Shown: positions 54,669-64,000, counted from the stretch's first letter. The stretch is DNA of 64,000 nt from Candidatus Fervidifonticultor sextus (GCA_031459875.1 JAVKHQ010000003.1:32001-96000); one strand, 5' to 3'. The notes: generated from the letters alone by a model not told the origin. Made by a program: numbers and translations.

Positions 54669-56159
54669 GTGGCAGAGCAGACGCAGGTTCGGGCCCGCAA
54701 CTACATCGCCGGTCGGTGGGTGGAGGCCAGAGACGGGCGCACGATGCCGTCGGTGAATCCGGCCACCGGGGCGGTGCTGGGCGAGGTGCCGGATTCCCAA
54801 GCCGCCGATGTGGACGCAGCGGTGCGCGCGGCCGCCGAGGCATGGCCGCGCTGGCGGGCCACCCCCGCGCCGCGGCGGGCCGAGATCCTCTTCCGCGTCG
54901 CCGAACGGCTCGTGCAGCGCAAGGAAGACCTGGCCCGTCTGATGACCCAGGAGATGGGCAAGATCCTGATCGAGACGCGCGGCGACGTGCAGGAAGCCAT
55001 CGACATGACCTACTTCATCGCGGGCGAGGGCCGGCGGCTGCACGGCTACACCACAGCCAGCGAGATGCCGCGCAAAGCGGCCTACTGCGTGCGCCAGCCG
55101 CTGGGGGTGGTCGGGGTCATCACGCCCTGGAACTTTCCGGTGGCCATCCCCTCCTGGAAGATCGTCCCGGCGCTGGTGTGCGGGAACACCGTGGTCTTCA
55201 AGCCGGCGTCGTACACGCCGCTGGTCGCCGCGGCCTTCGTCCAGGTGTTCGAGGAGGCGGGGCTGCCGCCCGGGGTCCTGAACCTGGTGACCGGTCGCCA
55301 GGCCGGGGCCGCCCTGGCAGACCACCCGGAGGTGGCGTTGATCTCGTTTACGGGGTCCACGGAGGTCGGCCTGCAGCTCGCCGCGCGCTGCGCCGCGCGC
55401 GGCGTTCGGGTGTCGCTGGAGATGGGCGGCAAGAACGCCGCCATCGTCCTCGACGATGCCGACCTGGACCTGGTCACCGACGCGCTCACCTGGAGCGCGT
55501 TTGGCACCACGGGTCAGCGGTGCACCGCGTGCAGCCGGATCGTGACGACCCCGCGGGTGCACGGCGAGGTGGTCGAGCGGCTGGCCGAGCGCGCCGCCCG
55601 CCTGCGCGTGGGGAACGGCCTGGACCCGGCCACGGAGATGGGCCCGCTGGTCAGCGAGACCCAGCGGGCGACCGTGGAGCACTACGTGGGGATCGGCCGG
55701 CAGGAGGGCGTGCGGGTCGTGATCGGCGGAGAGCGGCTCCGTCCTGCGGGCCTGGAGGGCGGCTACTTCTTCGCCCCCACCATCTTCGACGGGGTCCGGC
55801 CGCAGATGCGGGTGGCCCAGGAGGAGATCTTCGGGCCGGTGGTCGGCATCCTCGAGGCCGAGGCGCTGGACGAGGCCATCGAGGTGGTCAACGGGGTCCG
55901 CTACGGCCTCTCCGCGTCCATCTTCACCCGGAACGTGAATGCCGCCATGCGGGCGGTGGAGGAGATCCGCACCGGCATCGTCTACGTGAACCACGGGACC
56001 ATCGGTGCCGAGGTGCACCTGCCGTTTGGCGGCACCCGCCAGACCGGCAACGGCCACCGGGAAGGCGGGCTGCAGGTGCTGGACGTCTTCACCGAGTGGA
56101 AGAGCGTCTACATCGACTACAGCGGGAGGCTGCAGCGTGCGCAGATCGACCGTGACTGA
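54669..56159 (+). CDS. Aldehyde dehydrogenase
   Basis: ITPWNFP, FTGS, LEMGGKN, GQRCTA, EEIFGP. Confidence 0.93.
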   Translation: MAEQTQVRARNYIAGRWVEARDGRTMPSVNPATGAVLGEVPDSQAADVDAAVRAAAEAWPRWRATPAPRRAEILFRVAERLVQRKEDLARLMTQEMGKILIETRGDVQEAIDMTYFIAGEGRRLHGYTTASEMPRKAAYCVRQPLGVVGVITPWNFPVAIPSWKIVPALVCGNTVVFKPASYTPLVAAAFVQVFEEAGLPPGVLNLVTGRQAGAALADHPEVALISFTGSTEVGLQLAARCAARGVRVSLEMGGKNAAIVLDDADLDLVTDALTWSAFGTTGQRCTACSRIVTTPRVHGEVVERLAERAARLRVGNGLDPATEMGPLVSETQRATVEHYVGIGRQEGVRVVIGGERLRPAGLEGGYFFAPTIFDGVRPQMRVAQEEIFGPVVGILEAEALDEAIEVVNGVRYGLSASIFTRNVNAAMRAVEEIRTGIVYVNHGTIGAEVHLPFGGTRQTGNGHREGGLQVLDVFTEWKSVYIDYSGRLQRAQIDRD

Positions 56160-56820
56160 TCCGCGCCGATGGCTTCGCCGTGCCGCGGCCGTCGGGGTCG
56201 CCGGCCTGCTGGCGCTGGCCATCTCCGCGCCGGGCGCGCACGCCCAGGGCACCGCCGCCGAATGGCCAGCCCTGATCCGCCGTTACGAGGAGCAGGTGGC
56301 CCGCACGCCGTCGGACCCCACGACGCGCTTCACCCTGGCGATGCTCTACGCCCGCGAGGGCCGTCTGCTGGACGGCTACAAGCAGCTCCAGGAGGCCGAC
56401 AGGGCGGCCGGTCCGGCCCGCCGCCTGCCGCTGGCGCGTCAGATCGCCCGCGAGGCTGAAGACCTGCTGCGCCGCAACCCCCACGACCTGCTGGCCCGGT
56501 ACCGCCTCGCCTTCGCGCGTCACTTCCTCGGAGACCACGCCGGGTCTGCGGCGGAACTGGAGCGGGTCGTGGCCGCCGAGCCGCGCAACGACTGGGGCTA
56601 CGGGTACCTGGGGCAGGCCTATGCCACCCTCGGCCAGCTCGACCGCGCCATCGCGACCTGGGAGCGGGGCCTGGTGGTCAACCCCAACAATGCCGTGCTC
56701 CACTACGTGTTGGGTCTGGCCTACTCGAAGAAAGACGACAAAAAGAAAGCCGCCGCCCACCTGGCGGCGGCCTACCGGGACCGCACACTGTACGACTACG
56801 TGACCGGGAACCGCCGGTGA
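56152..56820 (+). CDS. Exported TPR-repeat protein
   Basis: Basic N-terminus, hydrophobic stretch, AHA cleavage site; TPR-like repeats (YLGQAYATLGQLDRAI). Confidence 0.75.
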   Translation: MTDPRRWLRRAAAVGVAGLLALAISAPGAHAQGTAAEWPALIRRYEEQVARTPSDPTTRFTLAMLYAREGRLLDGYKQLQEADRAAGPARRLPLARQIAREAEDLLRRNPHDLLARYRLAFARHFLGDHAGSAAELERVVAAEPRNDWGYGYLGQAYATLGQLDRAIATWERGLVVNPNNAVLHYVLGLAYSKKDDKKKAAAHLAAAYRDRTLYDYVTGNRR

Positions 56821-57662
56821 TCCGGATGCGCAGGTGTCTTTCGGCCGTGGTGGTCGGCAGCGCCCTGGCCTGTCTGCCGGTTCCCCCGGCGCTGGCTCAG
56901 GCCGTCTCGCCTGCGCCGGCTGCCACGCCGGGCGGCCGCCCTCCCCTGCATATCAGCGCCGACGAGATGCACATCGACGCCGCAACCCGGGTGGCGGTGG
57001 CGGTGGGTCGGGTCCGCATCAGCGACGGGACCACGACGGCCACCGCGGCGCGCGCGACGCTCTACCACCGCGAGGGCCGCGGGGTGCTCGCCGGTCAGGC
57101 GCGGGTGCGGGGCCCGCAGGGGCTCCTGGAGGGCGATGAGATTACCGTCTGGTATACGGCCCGGGCGATCACCCGCATCGTGGCCAGGGGCGCGGCCAGC
57201 CTCGAGGCCGAGGCCTCGCTGGTCACGGCGCGGGTGGTGACGATCGCCCCGTCGGCCGACACGGTGACCGCGGAGCGGGAGGTCACCCTGTTCGTGCCGC
57301 CCGACGTCGTGGCCACCGGCGCGCGCCTCGTCTACCAGCGGGCGCGGGGCACAGCCGTCCTGGAGGGCCGCGGCCGCGTGGCGAACCCCGACGGCTTCAT
57401 CGAAGCCGACCGCATCGAGGGCACGCGCAGGATGGCCTCGGCGGTCGCCACCGGGGACGTCTGGAGCGTCTTCCGGGACATCGAGGTCCGCAGCCGCACC
57501 GCGGAGCTCGTCGCGGCAGAGCAGAAAGCGGTCTTCGTCGGCGATGTGCGCGTGGCCCAGCCGGGGCGTCGGATGACCAGCGAACGGGTCACGCTCTGGT
57601 ACGGAGTCGGCCGGGTCGTGGCGGAAGGCCAAACGTGGATGCGACTCGAACCTCAACCGTGA
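56817..57662 (+). CDS. LptA/OstA-like beta-jellyroll protein
   Basis: Signal peptide, PLHISADEM, repeated A-G-V-I/V beta motifs. Confidence 0.72.
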   Translation: MIRMRRCLSAVVVGSALACLPVPPALAQAVSPAPAATPGGRPPLHISADEMHIDAATRVAVAVGRVRISDGTTTATAARATLYHREGRGVLAGQARVRGPQGLLEGDEITVWYTARAITRIVARGAASLEAEASLVTARVVTIAPSADTVTAEREVTLFVPPDVVATGARLVYQRARGTAVLEGRGRVANPDGFIEADRIEGTRRMASAVATGDVWSVFRDIEVRSRTAELVAAEQKAVFVGDVRVAQPGRRMTSERVTLWYGVGRVVAEGQTWMRLEPQP

Positions 57663-57708
57663 GGGCTGGCTGCGCAGGGAGTCCGCAGCACGCGAAGGAG
57701 GGTCGGTC

Positions 57709-58617
57709 ATGGTCATCGAGCGGGTGAAGCGTCCCAGCCTGGAGGCGATGCCGCTCGCGCAGGGCAAGCGCGCGCGGCTCTACCGGCTCCTCTATGAACA
57801 CGGACCCGGGCACGGGACCATGCTGGTGCTGCCGGTGGACCAGGGGCTGGAACACGGGCCGGTGGACTTCCTCCCCAACCCGCCCAGCGAGAACCCGGAG
57901 TTCCAGATCCGGCTGGCCATCGACGGCGGGTACTCTGCGATCGCCTTTCACTATGGCATTGCCGCCCGCTACCTGCCGCCGGTCGCGGGCAAGATTCCCT
58001 TGATTCTGAAGATCAACGGGAAGACCGATATCCCCCCGGCCGACCGGGCGTTCTCGGGGCTCACCGGGCGCGTGGAGGACGCCGTGCGGCTGGGCGCCGA
58101 CGCCGTGGGGTACACGCTGTACGTGGGATCGCCGCGCCAGGACGAGGACTTCCGTCAGCTCACGGAGGTACGGGCCGACTGCGACCGCTACGGTATGCCG
58201 CTCGTGGTCTGGTCGTACCCTCGCGGAGAGGCGATCGAGAAGAAGGGCGGCCGCGACAGCCTCTACGCGGTGGACTACGCCGCACGGGTGGCGGCCGAAC
58301 TGGGCGCCGACGTCATCAAGCTCAACGTTCCCGTCTTCGATGAGAAGGCCAAGGCCTCGCCCAGGCCCTATGGCGAGATGCAGCTGGAGTACCGCGCGGC
58401 CGTCGAGAAGGTGGTGCGCAGCGCCGGGCAGGCGTTCGTCCTCTTCTCCGGCGGGAGCAAGATCGGCGACGAGGACCTGCTGGACAAGGCCCGGCTGGTG
58501 ATGGAGGCCGGGGCGACGGGCCTGATCTTCGGCCGGAACATGTGGCAGCGGCCGATGCCCGATGCGCTGCGCCTGACTGCCGAGATCAAGCGCATCATGC
58601 TGGCCGCGGTGGCGTAG
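57709..58617 (+). CDS. Class I fructose-bisphosphate aldolase (DhnA/archaeal type)
   Basis: DQGLEHGP-DF, GADAVGYTLYVGS, WSYPRG, ELGADVIK, FGRNMWQ. Confidence 0.88.
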   Translation: MVIERVKRPSLEAMPLAQGKRARLYRLLYEHGPGHGTMLVLPVDQGLEHGPVDFLPNPPSENPEFQIRLAIDGGYSAIAFHYGIAARYLPPVAGKIPLILKINGKTDIPPADRAFSGLTGRVEDAVRLGADAVGYTLYVGSPRQDEDFRQLTEVRADCDRYGMPLVVWSYPRGEAIEKKGGRDSLYAVDYAARVAAELGADVIKLNVPVFDEKAKASPRPYGEMQLEYRAAVEKVVRSAGQAFVLFSGGSKIGDEDLLDKARLVMEAGATGLIFGRNMWQRPMPDALRLTAEIKRIMLAAVA

Positions 58618-58622
58618 CCCGG

Positions 58623-59726
58623 TTGCCGATCCCCCTCGCGCCCCTGCAGGCGCTCGTCAGCAATCCGTTGCCGGAGGAGGTGCCCGGCGCGCTCGTCGCG
58701 CTCATCGGCGACCACCCGTCGGCGTACTCGCGCAGCCCGCGGATCTGGACGCCGGTCTTCCGGCACCTGGGGATCGACGCCGCCTACCTGCCGCTGGACG
58801 TCCCGCCCGGCCGGCTGGAGGCGGTCTTGGCGATCCTGCGCGAGACCGACGCCTGCCTGGGCGCCAACGTCACCATGCCCTACAAGGAGGCGGTGGTGCC
58901 GCTGCTGGACGATCTCGACGCCGTCACCTCGGCCGTGGGCGCGGTCAACACTATCGTGCGGTCTGCGCGCGGCAGGCTGGCCGGCACCAACACGGACGGG
59001 GTCGGGCTGGTGGCCGCCCTCCTGCACCCGGGGACCGATGGGCCCCTGGTGGAGACCCTGTACGGGCACACCGTGCTCCTCATCGGCGGTGGCGGCGCCG
59101 CGCGGGCCGCGGCGGTGGCTCTGGTGCCGCTGGTGGGGACGGGGGAACTGCTGGTCACCAATCGGACGGCCGCGCGGGCCGAGGACGTGGCGGCCAGGGC
59201 GCGTGCTGCTGGCGGCCGCGCCCGGGCGATCCCGGAGGACGACCTCGATGAGGTCCTGCCCGCCGTGGACCTCGTCATCAACGCCTCGCTGCGCGGGCAG
59301 GCCGGCATCCGGCAGACGCCCCAGGGGTGGACCTGCCTGGAGCCGTACTCGGCGCTGGCGCCGGCCGACCCTCCGGTGCTACCCCGGATGCCGGAGGAGG
59401 CCTTCATGGCCGCCTGGCGCGCCCGGGCCCGGGCCGGCGTCGAAGCCAACCACGCGCGTTCGCAGGAGCGCGTCCACCGGCTGCCGCGGGGCGCGGCGGT
59501 CTTCGACATGATCTATGCGCCGGCCGAGACCCCGCTGGTCCGGCACGCGCGCGACGCCGGACTGCGGGCGGCCAACGGGCGGTGGATGAACATCGCCCAG
59601 GCCGTCGAAGCCTGCGTGGCGCACGTGTGCGCCCGCCGGATTGCTGAGATAGGGATCGACCGCGAGGCAGCGCGGGCGGAGGTCACCCGGCTGATGGCCG
59701 AGGCCTGGGACGGCCAGTCCCCTTAG
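58623..59726 (+). CDS. aroE: Shikimate dehydrogenase family protein (divergent); start uncertain
   Basis: SRSP, GANVTMPYKE, AVNT, NTDG-G, GGGGAARA, NRT, DMIYAP-ET. Confidence 0.78.
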   Translation: MPIPLAPLQALVSNPLPEEVPGALVALIGDHPSAYSRSPRIWTPVFRHLGIDAAYLPLDVPPGRLEAVLAILRETDACLGANVTMPYKEAVVPLLDDLDAVTSAVGAVNTIVRSARGRLAGTNTDGVGLVAALLHPGTDGPLVETLYGHTVLLIGGGGAARAAAVALVPLVGTGELLVTNRTAARAEDVAARARAAGGRARAIPEDDLDEVLPAVDLVINASLRGQAGIRQTPQGWTCLEPYSALAPADPPVLPRMPEEAFMAAWRARARAGVEANHARSQERVHRLPRGAAVFDMIYAPAETPLVRHARDAGLRAANGRWMNIAQAVEACVAHVCARRIAEIGIDREAARAEVTRLMAEAWDGQSP

Positions 59727-59740
59727 AGGGCGAGGGAGCC

Positions 59741-60769
59741 ATGCGGGCAGTCAGGATCCACCAGCACGGCGGTCCTGAGGTGCTTGCCCTGGAAGACGCC
59801 CCGGAGCCGTCTGCGGGACCGACCGAGGTGCTGGTCGGCGTCCGCGCCGTGGCGCTCAACCACATCGACCTCTGGGTCCGGCGCGGGCTGCCGCGGCTGC
59901 GGCTGAGCTTCCCCCACATCCTGGGCGCGGATGTCGCCGGGGTGGTCGCCGCGGTCGGCGAGGCGGCCCGTGGCGTGCGGCCCGGCGACGAGGTGGTGCT
60001 GGCCCCGGGGGTCTCGTGCGGCCAGTGTCCGGCGTGTCTTGCCGGAGCCGACAACAGCTGCGAGTCGTATGCGATCCTGGGCGAGCACATCCCCGGCGGC
60101 TACGCGCAATATGTCGTCGTGCCCCGGGCGAACGTCTTGCCCAAGCCGGCGCACCTCACCTTCGAGGAGGCGGCCGCGGTGCCGCTCGTCTTCCAGACGG
60201 CCTGGAACATGCTGGTGACCAACGGCCGTATCCGTATGGGAGACACGGTGTTGATCTGGGGGGCGGGGAGCGGGGTGGGCAGCGCCGGCGTCCAGATCGC
60301 CAAGGCGTTGGGCGCCCGGGTGCTGGCCACCGTCGGGGCGGCCTGGAAGGCCGAACGCGCCAGGGACCTCGGGGCTGATGAGGTCATCAACCACACCGAG
60401 CAGAACGTCTATGAGGAAGTCCGCCGGCTGACCGACCGCCGCGGCGTGGATGTGGCCTTCGACCATGTGGGCAAGGCGACCTGGGAGACCAGCCTGCGGG
60501 TGCTCGCGCGCGGGGGCCGGCTGGTCACGTGCGGGGCCACCACCGGTCCGGACGCGACTACGGACATCCGGTACATCTTCAGCCGCCAGTTGAGCATCCA
60601 CGGCACGTACATGGGGCCCAAGCGCGACCTGCACGCGGTGATGCGGCTGGTCGAAGCCGGCCGGATTCGCCCGGTGGTCCACGCGGTCCTGCCCCTGGCC
60701 GAGGCCGCCGAGGCGCACCGCATGCTGGAGCGGCGGGAACAGTTCGGGAAGATCGTGCTGGTGCCCTGA
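59741..60769 (+). CDS. Zn-binding dehydrogenase / oxidoreductase (MDR family)
   Basis: ALNHIDLW, CGQCPAC...C, GAGSGVG, QFGKIVL. Confidence 0.88.
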   Translation: MRAVRIHQHGGPEVLALEDAPEPSAGPTEVLVGVRAVALNHIDLWVRRGLPRLRLSFPHILGADVAGVVAAVGEAARGVRPGDEVVLAPGVSCGQCPACLAGADNSCESYAILGEHIPGGYAQYVVVPRANVLPKPAHLTFEEAAAVPLVFQTAWNMLVTNGRIRMGDTVLIWGAGSGVGSAGVQIAKALGARVLATVGAAWKAERARDLGADEVINHTEQNVYEEVRRLTDRRGVDVAFDHVGKATWETSLRVLARGGRLVTCGATTGPDATTDIRYIFSRQLSIHGTYMGPKRDLHAVMRLVEAGRIRPVVHAVLPLAEAAEAHRMLERREQFGKIVLVP

Positions 60770-60791
60770 GCAGGGAGGTCGGGGCGTCCTG

Positions 60792-61550
60792 CTAGCGCTG
60801 CGGGAGGGATTCCTCCTGACCGATCCACTCGCTGCCGGAGGCCCAGACCTCCTTCTTCCAGATGGGCACGGTCTGCTTGAGGGTGTCGATGGCGAACCGC
60901 CCGGCCTCGAACGCGTCGCGGCGGTGGGGGGCCGCCACGGCGATGGCCACACTGATCTCGCCGATCTGCAGCGTCCCGAGCCGGTGGACGATCGAGATGC
61001 GCACGCCCCACCGCTCGGTCGCATGCGCGGCGATGCGGGCCATCTCCTGGCGGGCCAGCGCTTCGTACGCGTCGTACTCCAGGCGGTGGACCGAGCGGCC
61101 CCGCGAGTGCTCGCGGACCGTGCCCAGGAAGAGGATGACCGCGCCGGCGCCGGGGTGGCGCACGGCGTCCAGCAGCGCGTCCACCCGGATCGGCTCGCGC
61201 ACCAGGTCGAGCAGCGGCCCGCCGGTGATCGGCATCGCGCCAGCGACAGGCGCCGTGCGGCCGGTGGTCGGATCGCCGGAGGTCGGATCGCCGGCGCTCT
61301 CCGGGCCGCCGCCGCTCACCGGGGCCAGGAGGGCGACGCGGTCGCCGTCGGCCAGCGCGTGCTCGGCCGGCCTGACCTCGTCGTTGACCGCCACCGCCGT
61401 GGGCGGCGCGACCTGGCGCAGGGCGGGATGCTGGGCGGCCAGCATGGTCCAGATGTCCCCGGCCCTCGTGCCGGATGGGACAACCAGGGTGACGACCGGT
61501 GATCCCACGGCCTCGCGGTGAGCGGCAAAGAGCTGGACGGTGACCTGCAT
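60792..61550 (-). CDS. moaE: Fused MoaD-MoaE molybdopterin synthase (MoaX-like)
   Basis: MQVTVQLFA...PVSGG ubiquitin-like domain, linker, then GAVILF-GTVR, HRLG, HRRDAF, PIWKKE. Confidence 0.9.
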   Translation of the reverse strand: MQVTVQLFAAHREAVGSPVVTLVVPSGTRAGDIWTMLAAQHPALRQVAPPTAVAVNDEVRPAEHALADGDRVALLAPVSGGGPESAGDPTSGDPTTGRTAPVAGAMPITGGPLLDLVREPIRVDALLDAVRHPGAGAVILFLGTVREHSRGRSVHRLEYDAYEALARQEMARIAAHATERWGVRISIVHRLGTLQIGEISVAIAVAAPHRRDAFEAGRFAIDTLKQTVPIWKKEVWASGSEWIGQEESLPQR

Positions 61551-61584
61551 GGGACGATCCGTCGCGGTTCGTGCGCATCGTAGC

Positions 61585-62439
61585 ATGGGGCCTCCCGGTC
61601 CGCAAGCGCACCTCGACGGCAGATCTCGCACGGGGCCCGGCGGTCGCCCGGGCCGGGGCCGGCGATGGCGGCACGGGTCCTGGCTGCTCACCTGCCTCAT
61701 CGTGGCGGTGCTGCTGCTCCCGGCCCCGCCGGCGTCCGCGGCCCTCATCAGCGAGGCCCAGGAGATCCGCATCGGCCGGCAGGCCGCCGCCCAACTGGAG
61801 ACCGACGTCGGGCAGAGCCGCGATCCGGCGCTCGCGGCGCGCGTGGCCGAGGTGGGCCGGCGGGTCGCCGCCGTCTCAGATCGTCGCGGGGTGCCCTATA
61901 CGTTCAAGGTGCTGCGCGGCCGGGAGGTCAACGCGATCTCGCTGCCGGGCGGGTTCATCTACGTCACCGAGGGCCTGATGCGGTTCGTTCAGTCCGATGC
62001 CGAACTGGCCTTCGTCGTGGGCCACGAGGTCGGTCACGTGGCCGCCCGCCACCACGTCACGATGATCGAGCGGCACTTCTTCATGGGGCTGGTCCTCTCG
62101 CTGGTCCTCGGCGGCGATCCGACCGCGGGGCAGATCGGCGAGATCCTGGCGTTGTTGCTGTCGCGGGGGTTTTCCCGCGAGAACGAGTTTGAGGCCGACC
62201 GGCTGGGCGTCCTCTACACGCATCGAGCAGGCTTCGACGCGTCGGCCGGCTTGCAGTTCATGACGCGGCTGCGGGTGGCCGAGGGCCGCGACCCCGGGCA
62301 GTTCGAGGTGCTCCTGCGCACGCATCCGGCGCTGGTCGACCGGATCGGGCGGGTGCGCGAGCAACTGCGCGGGTTGGGCTATCGGGTGGAGGCGGCGCCG
62401 GCGCGCGTGGGGCAACACCGGGCCGCCGGGCGGCGCTGA
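61585..62439 (+). CDS. M48-family metalloprotease, exported; start uncertain
   Basis: VNAISLPGG-IYV, HEVGH, E-EAD, THP. Confidence 0.88.
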   Translation: MGPPGPQAHLDGRSRTGPGGRPGRGRRWRHGSWLLTCLIVAVLLLPAPPASAALISEAQEIRIGRQAAAQLETDVGQSRDPALAARVAEVGRRVAAVSDRRGVPYTFKVLRGREVNAISLPGGFIYVTEGLMRFVQSDAELAFVVGHEVGHVAARHHVTMIERHFFMGLVLSLVLGGDPTAGQIGEILALLLSRGFSRENEFEADRLGVLYTHRAGFDASAGLQFMTRLRVAEGRDPGQFEVLLRTHPALVDRIGRVREQLRGLGYRVEAAPARVGQHRAAGRR

Positions 62440-62444
62440 CGCCG

Positions 62445-63311
62445 GTGCCCGTCCGCGACCCCTACGCCGTTCCCGGCACCTACCGCAAGGCGCAGTTGCA
62501 CTGTCACACCCGGCGGTCCGACGGCCGGTTCGAGCCCGCCGACCTGGCCCGGCGCTACCGCGACGCGGGCTACGCGTTTGTGTGTTTCACCGACCACGAC
62601 GTGCTCACCCGCTGTGATGAGATCAATGACGCGTCGTTCCTGGCCCTGCCGGGCGTCGAGGAGACGATCGTGTGGGGACTGCCGCCGCTGGGGGCGCACC
62701 TGGGGCGGCTGCTGGTGGACGGCGTCCTGGGCGCGGGGTCGGCCGCAGACCGCATCCGGCAGACGCTGGCGTCCGGCGGCATCCCGTGCCTGCACCATCC
62801 GTCGTGGACGGGCAACCTGTGGACCGGCTCCTGGACCGCTCGGGCGATGACCGCCCTGCCGGGGCCGTTTCTGGTGGAGGTCTGGAATCCGCACTCCAAT
62901 TCTGAGGAGGACGTCAGGCGGTGGGCGTGCGCGGTGGAGGCGCACGGGCCGGGGGTCTGCATCGGTGCTTCGGCGGGTGACGACTGCCACCTGGCATCCC
63001 AGTTCGACCGGGCGTGGGTGATGGTGAAGGTCCCCGTCATCACCGCCACAGCCCTCCGCGAGGCGCTGCTGGCCGGTGCCTTCTATGCCAGTACCGGCGT
63101 CGAGGCCGAGTTTGGCGCCGACGGCGGCGCGATTGCGGTGCAGAGCACGGCCGATGAGGTCCGCGTGATCGACGCCGATGGCCGGGTGCGTGCCCTCATT
63201 CGGGACGGCAGTGGGCGGTATAGCCCCCAGGGGGACGAGCGCTTCGTGCGCCTGGAATGCCGGGCCGGCCAGCGGCGGGCGTGGAGCCAGGCGTTCTGGA
63301 TCGTGCCGTAG
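62445..63311 (+). CDS. PHP-domain metal-dependent hydrolase
   Basis: LHCHT..SDG, TDHD, PGVE, HHP, GDDCH. Confidence 0.85.
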   Translation: MPVRDPYAVPGTYRKAQLHCHTRRSDGRFEPADLARRYRDAGYAFVCFTDHDVLTRCDEINDASFLALPGVEETIVWGLPPLGAHLGRLLVDGVLGAGSAADRIRQTLASGGIPCLHHPSWTGNLWTGSWTARAMTALPGPFLVEVWNPHSNSEEDVRRWACAVEAHGPGVCIGASAGDDCHLASQFDRAWVMVKVPVITATALREALLAGAFYASTGVEAEFGADGGAIAVQSTADEVRVIDADGRVRALIRDGSGRYSPQGDERFVRLECRAGQRRAWSQAFWIVP

Positions 63312-63417
63312 TCTTTTGGATGGGACGACAGCGCCACGGCGGGGGAGGAAGGCCGTGGAGGCATGCGAATCCTGAAGGGCGGAGCCTGATGGCAGAGGAC
63401 GTGGAGGGACGCGCCGG

Positions 63418-63954
63418 ATGAGAGCGAGCCGCCGACTCGCCGGGAGTGCGGCTCAGGCAGAAGGACACGCCGAGGCACTCCGGCGGATCGCCGTCAGGTA
63501 CGCAGACGCCCTCAGGGACCTGCTGGGACCCTCATTGGTCTCGGTGGTGCTGTTTGGCTCGGTGGCCAGGGGCGACGCGCGGGCGCATTCTGACATCGAC
63601 CTGCTGGTGATCGTCTCCGACCTTCCGCCCGGCAGGCTGGCGCGGCAAGGCCTTGTCGGTCCGGCCGACGCCCTCCTGGACCCGGAACTCGAACGACTCA
63701 GACGGCAGGCGATCCTGACCGACGTCAACCCGATCCTGAAAACCCCCGAGGAAGTGCTCCGGCTCCCACCACTGCTCCTGGACCTGGTCGAGGATGCCGT
63801 CGTCCTCCACGATCGGGACGGGTTCTTTGCTGGTGTGCTGGCACGCCTCCGCGAATCCCTGGCGCGCCTGGGGGCCCGCCGGGTCCAGCGGGGATGGCTG
63901 CGGTACTGGGAGCTGAAGCCGGACTACCTCCCCGGAGAGGTTTTCGAGCTATGA
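63418..63954 (+). CDS. Minimal nucleotidyltransferase (MNT) antitoxin-like protein
   Basis: LFGSVARG...SDIDLLVI intact; C-terminal YWELKPD. Confidence 0.88.
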   Translation: MRASRRLAGSAAQAEGHAEALRRIAVRYADALRDLLGPSLVSVVLFGSVARGDARAHSDIDLLVIVSDLPPGRLARQGLVGPADALLDPELERLRRQAILTDVNPILKTPEEVLRLPPLLLDLVEDAVVLHDRDGFFAGVLARLRESLARLGARRVQRGWLRYWELKPDYLPGEVFEL

Positions 63955-64000
63955 CCAACCGCCAGATGGCCGAGAGTTATCTGGCGCAGGCGGGCGAGAT
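63951..64000 (+). CDS. 5' start of a probable HEPN-domain protein (truncated by the window edge)
   Basis: ATGA overlap with the MNT stop; MTNRQMAESYLAQAGE resembles HEPN N-termini. Confidence 0.55.
   Translation, partial: MTNRQMAESYLAQAGE

Noticed and set aside
57709..59726. Aldolase plus aroE as an archaeal-type alternative shikimate pathway (ADH synthase)
   Set aside because: The aldolase motifs fit class I FBP aldolase, and no DHQ synthase II gene is adjacent
63389..63421. 10-codon uORF (MAEDVEGRAG) overlapping the MNT start
   Set aside because: Too short to support; the MNT ATG has its own SD (GGAGGG)
1..64000. CRISPR arrays, tRNA/rRNA genes, IS elements, selenocysteine or frameshift recoding
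   Set aside because: No regularly spaced repeats, tRNA arms, transposase or integrase motifs, or interrupted conserved genes were seen by eye

Overview
A very GC-rich, gene-dense bacterial chromosomal segment made up mostly of core metabolism. It contains thrC-lysC, a SigB/F-type sigma factor, acs, an A1-type cytochrome c oxidase cluster, PDH and branched-chain 2-oxoacid dehydrogenase clusters with one shared E3 and lipA, a sufCBD-Rieske-sufSU operon, a split transketolase, many Fe-S/Moco accessory genes, rtcB, yitJ, an LptA/OstA-like protein (suggesting a diderm envelope) and an MNT-HEPN pair running off the right edge. I saw no rRNA, tRNA, CRISPR array or transposase. The most notable features are: (1) a free-standing Rieske ferredoxin-nuoB-nuoD-nuoI-nuoC unit, i.e. 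the quinone-reducing module of complex I in non-canonical order with no membrane-arm or NADH-module genes, followed by a membrane-anchored sulfite-oxidase-family molybdoenzyme; (2) a single-chain MNT-HEPN fusion in which both catalytic signatures are degenerate, preceded by a perfect palindrome over its -10 box; (3) an SH3/KOW-like domain fused to the N-terminus of cytochrome oxidase subunit I. All calls come from reading motifs by eye. Start codons were chosen from Shine-Dalgarno (SD) context and are estimates.
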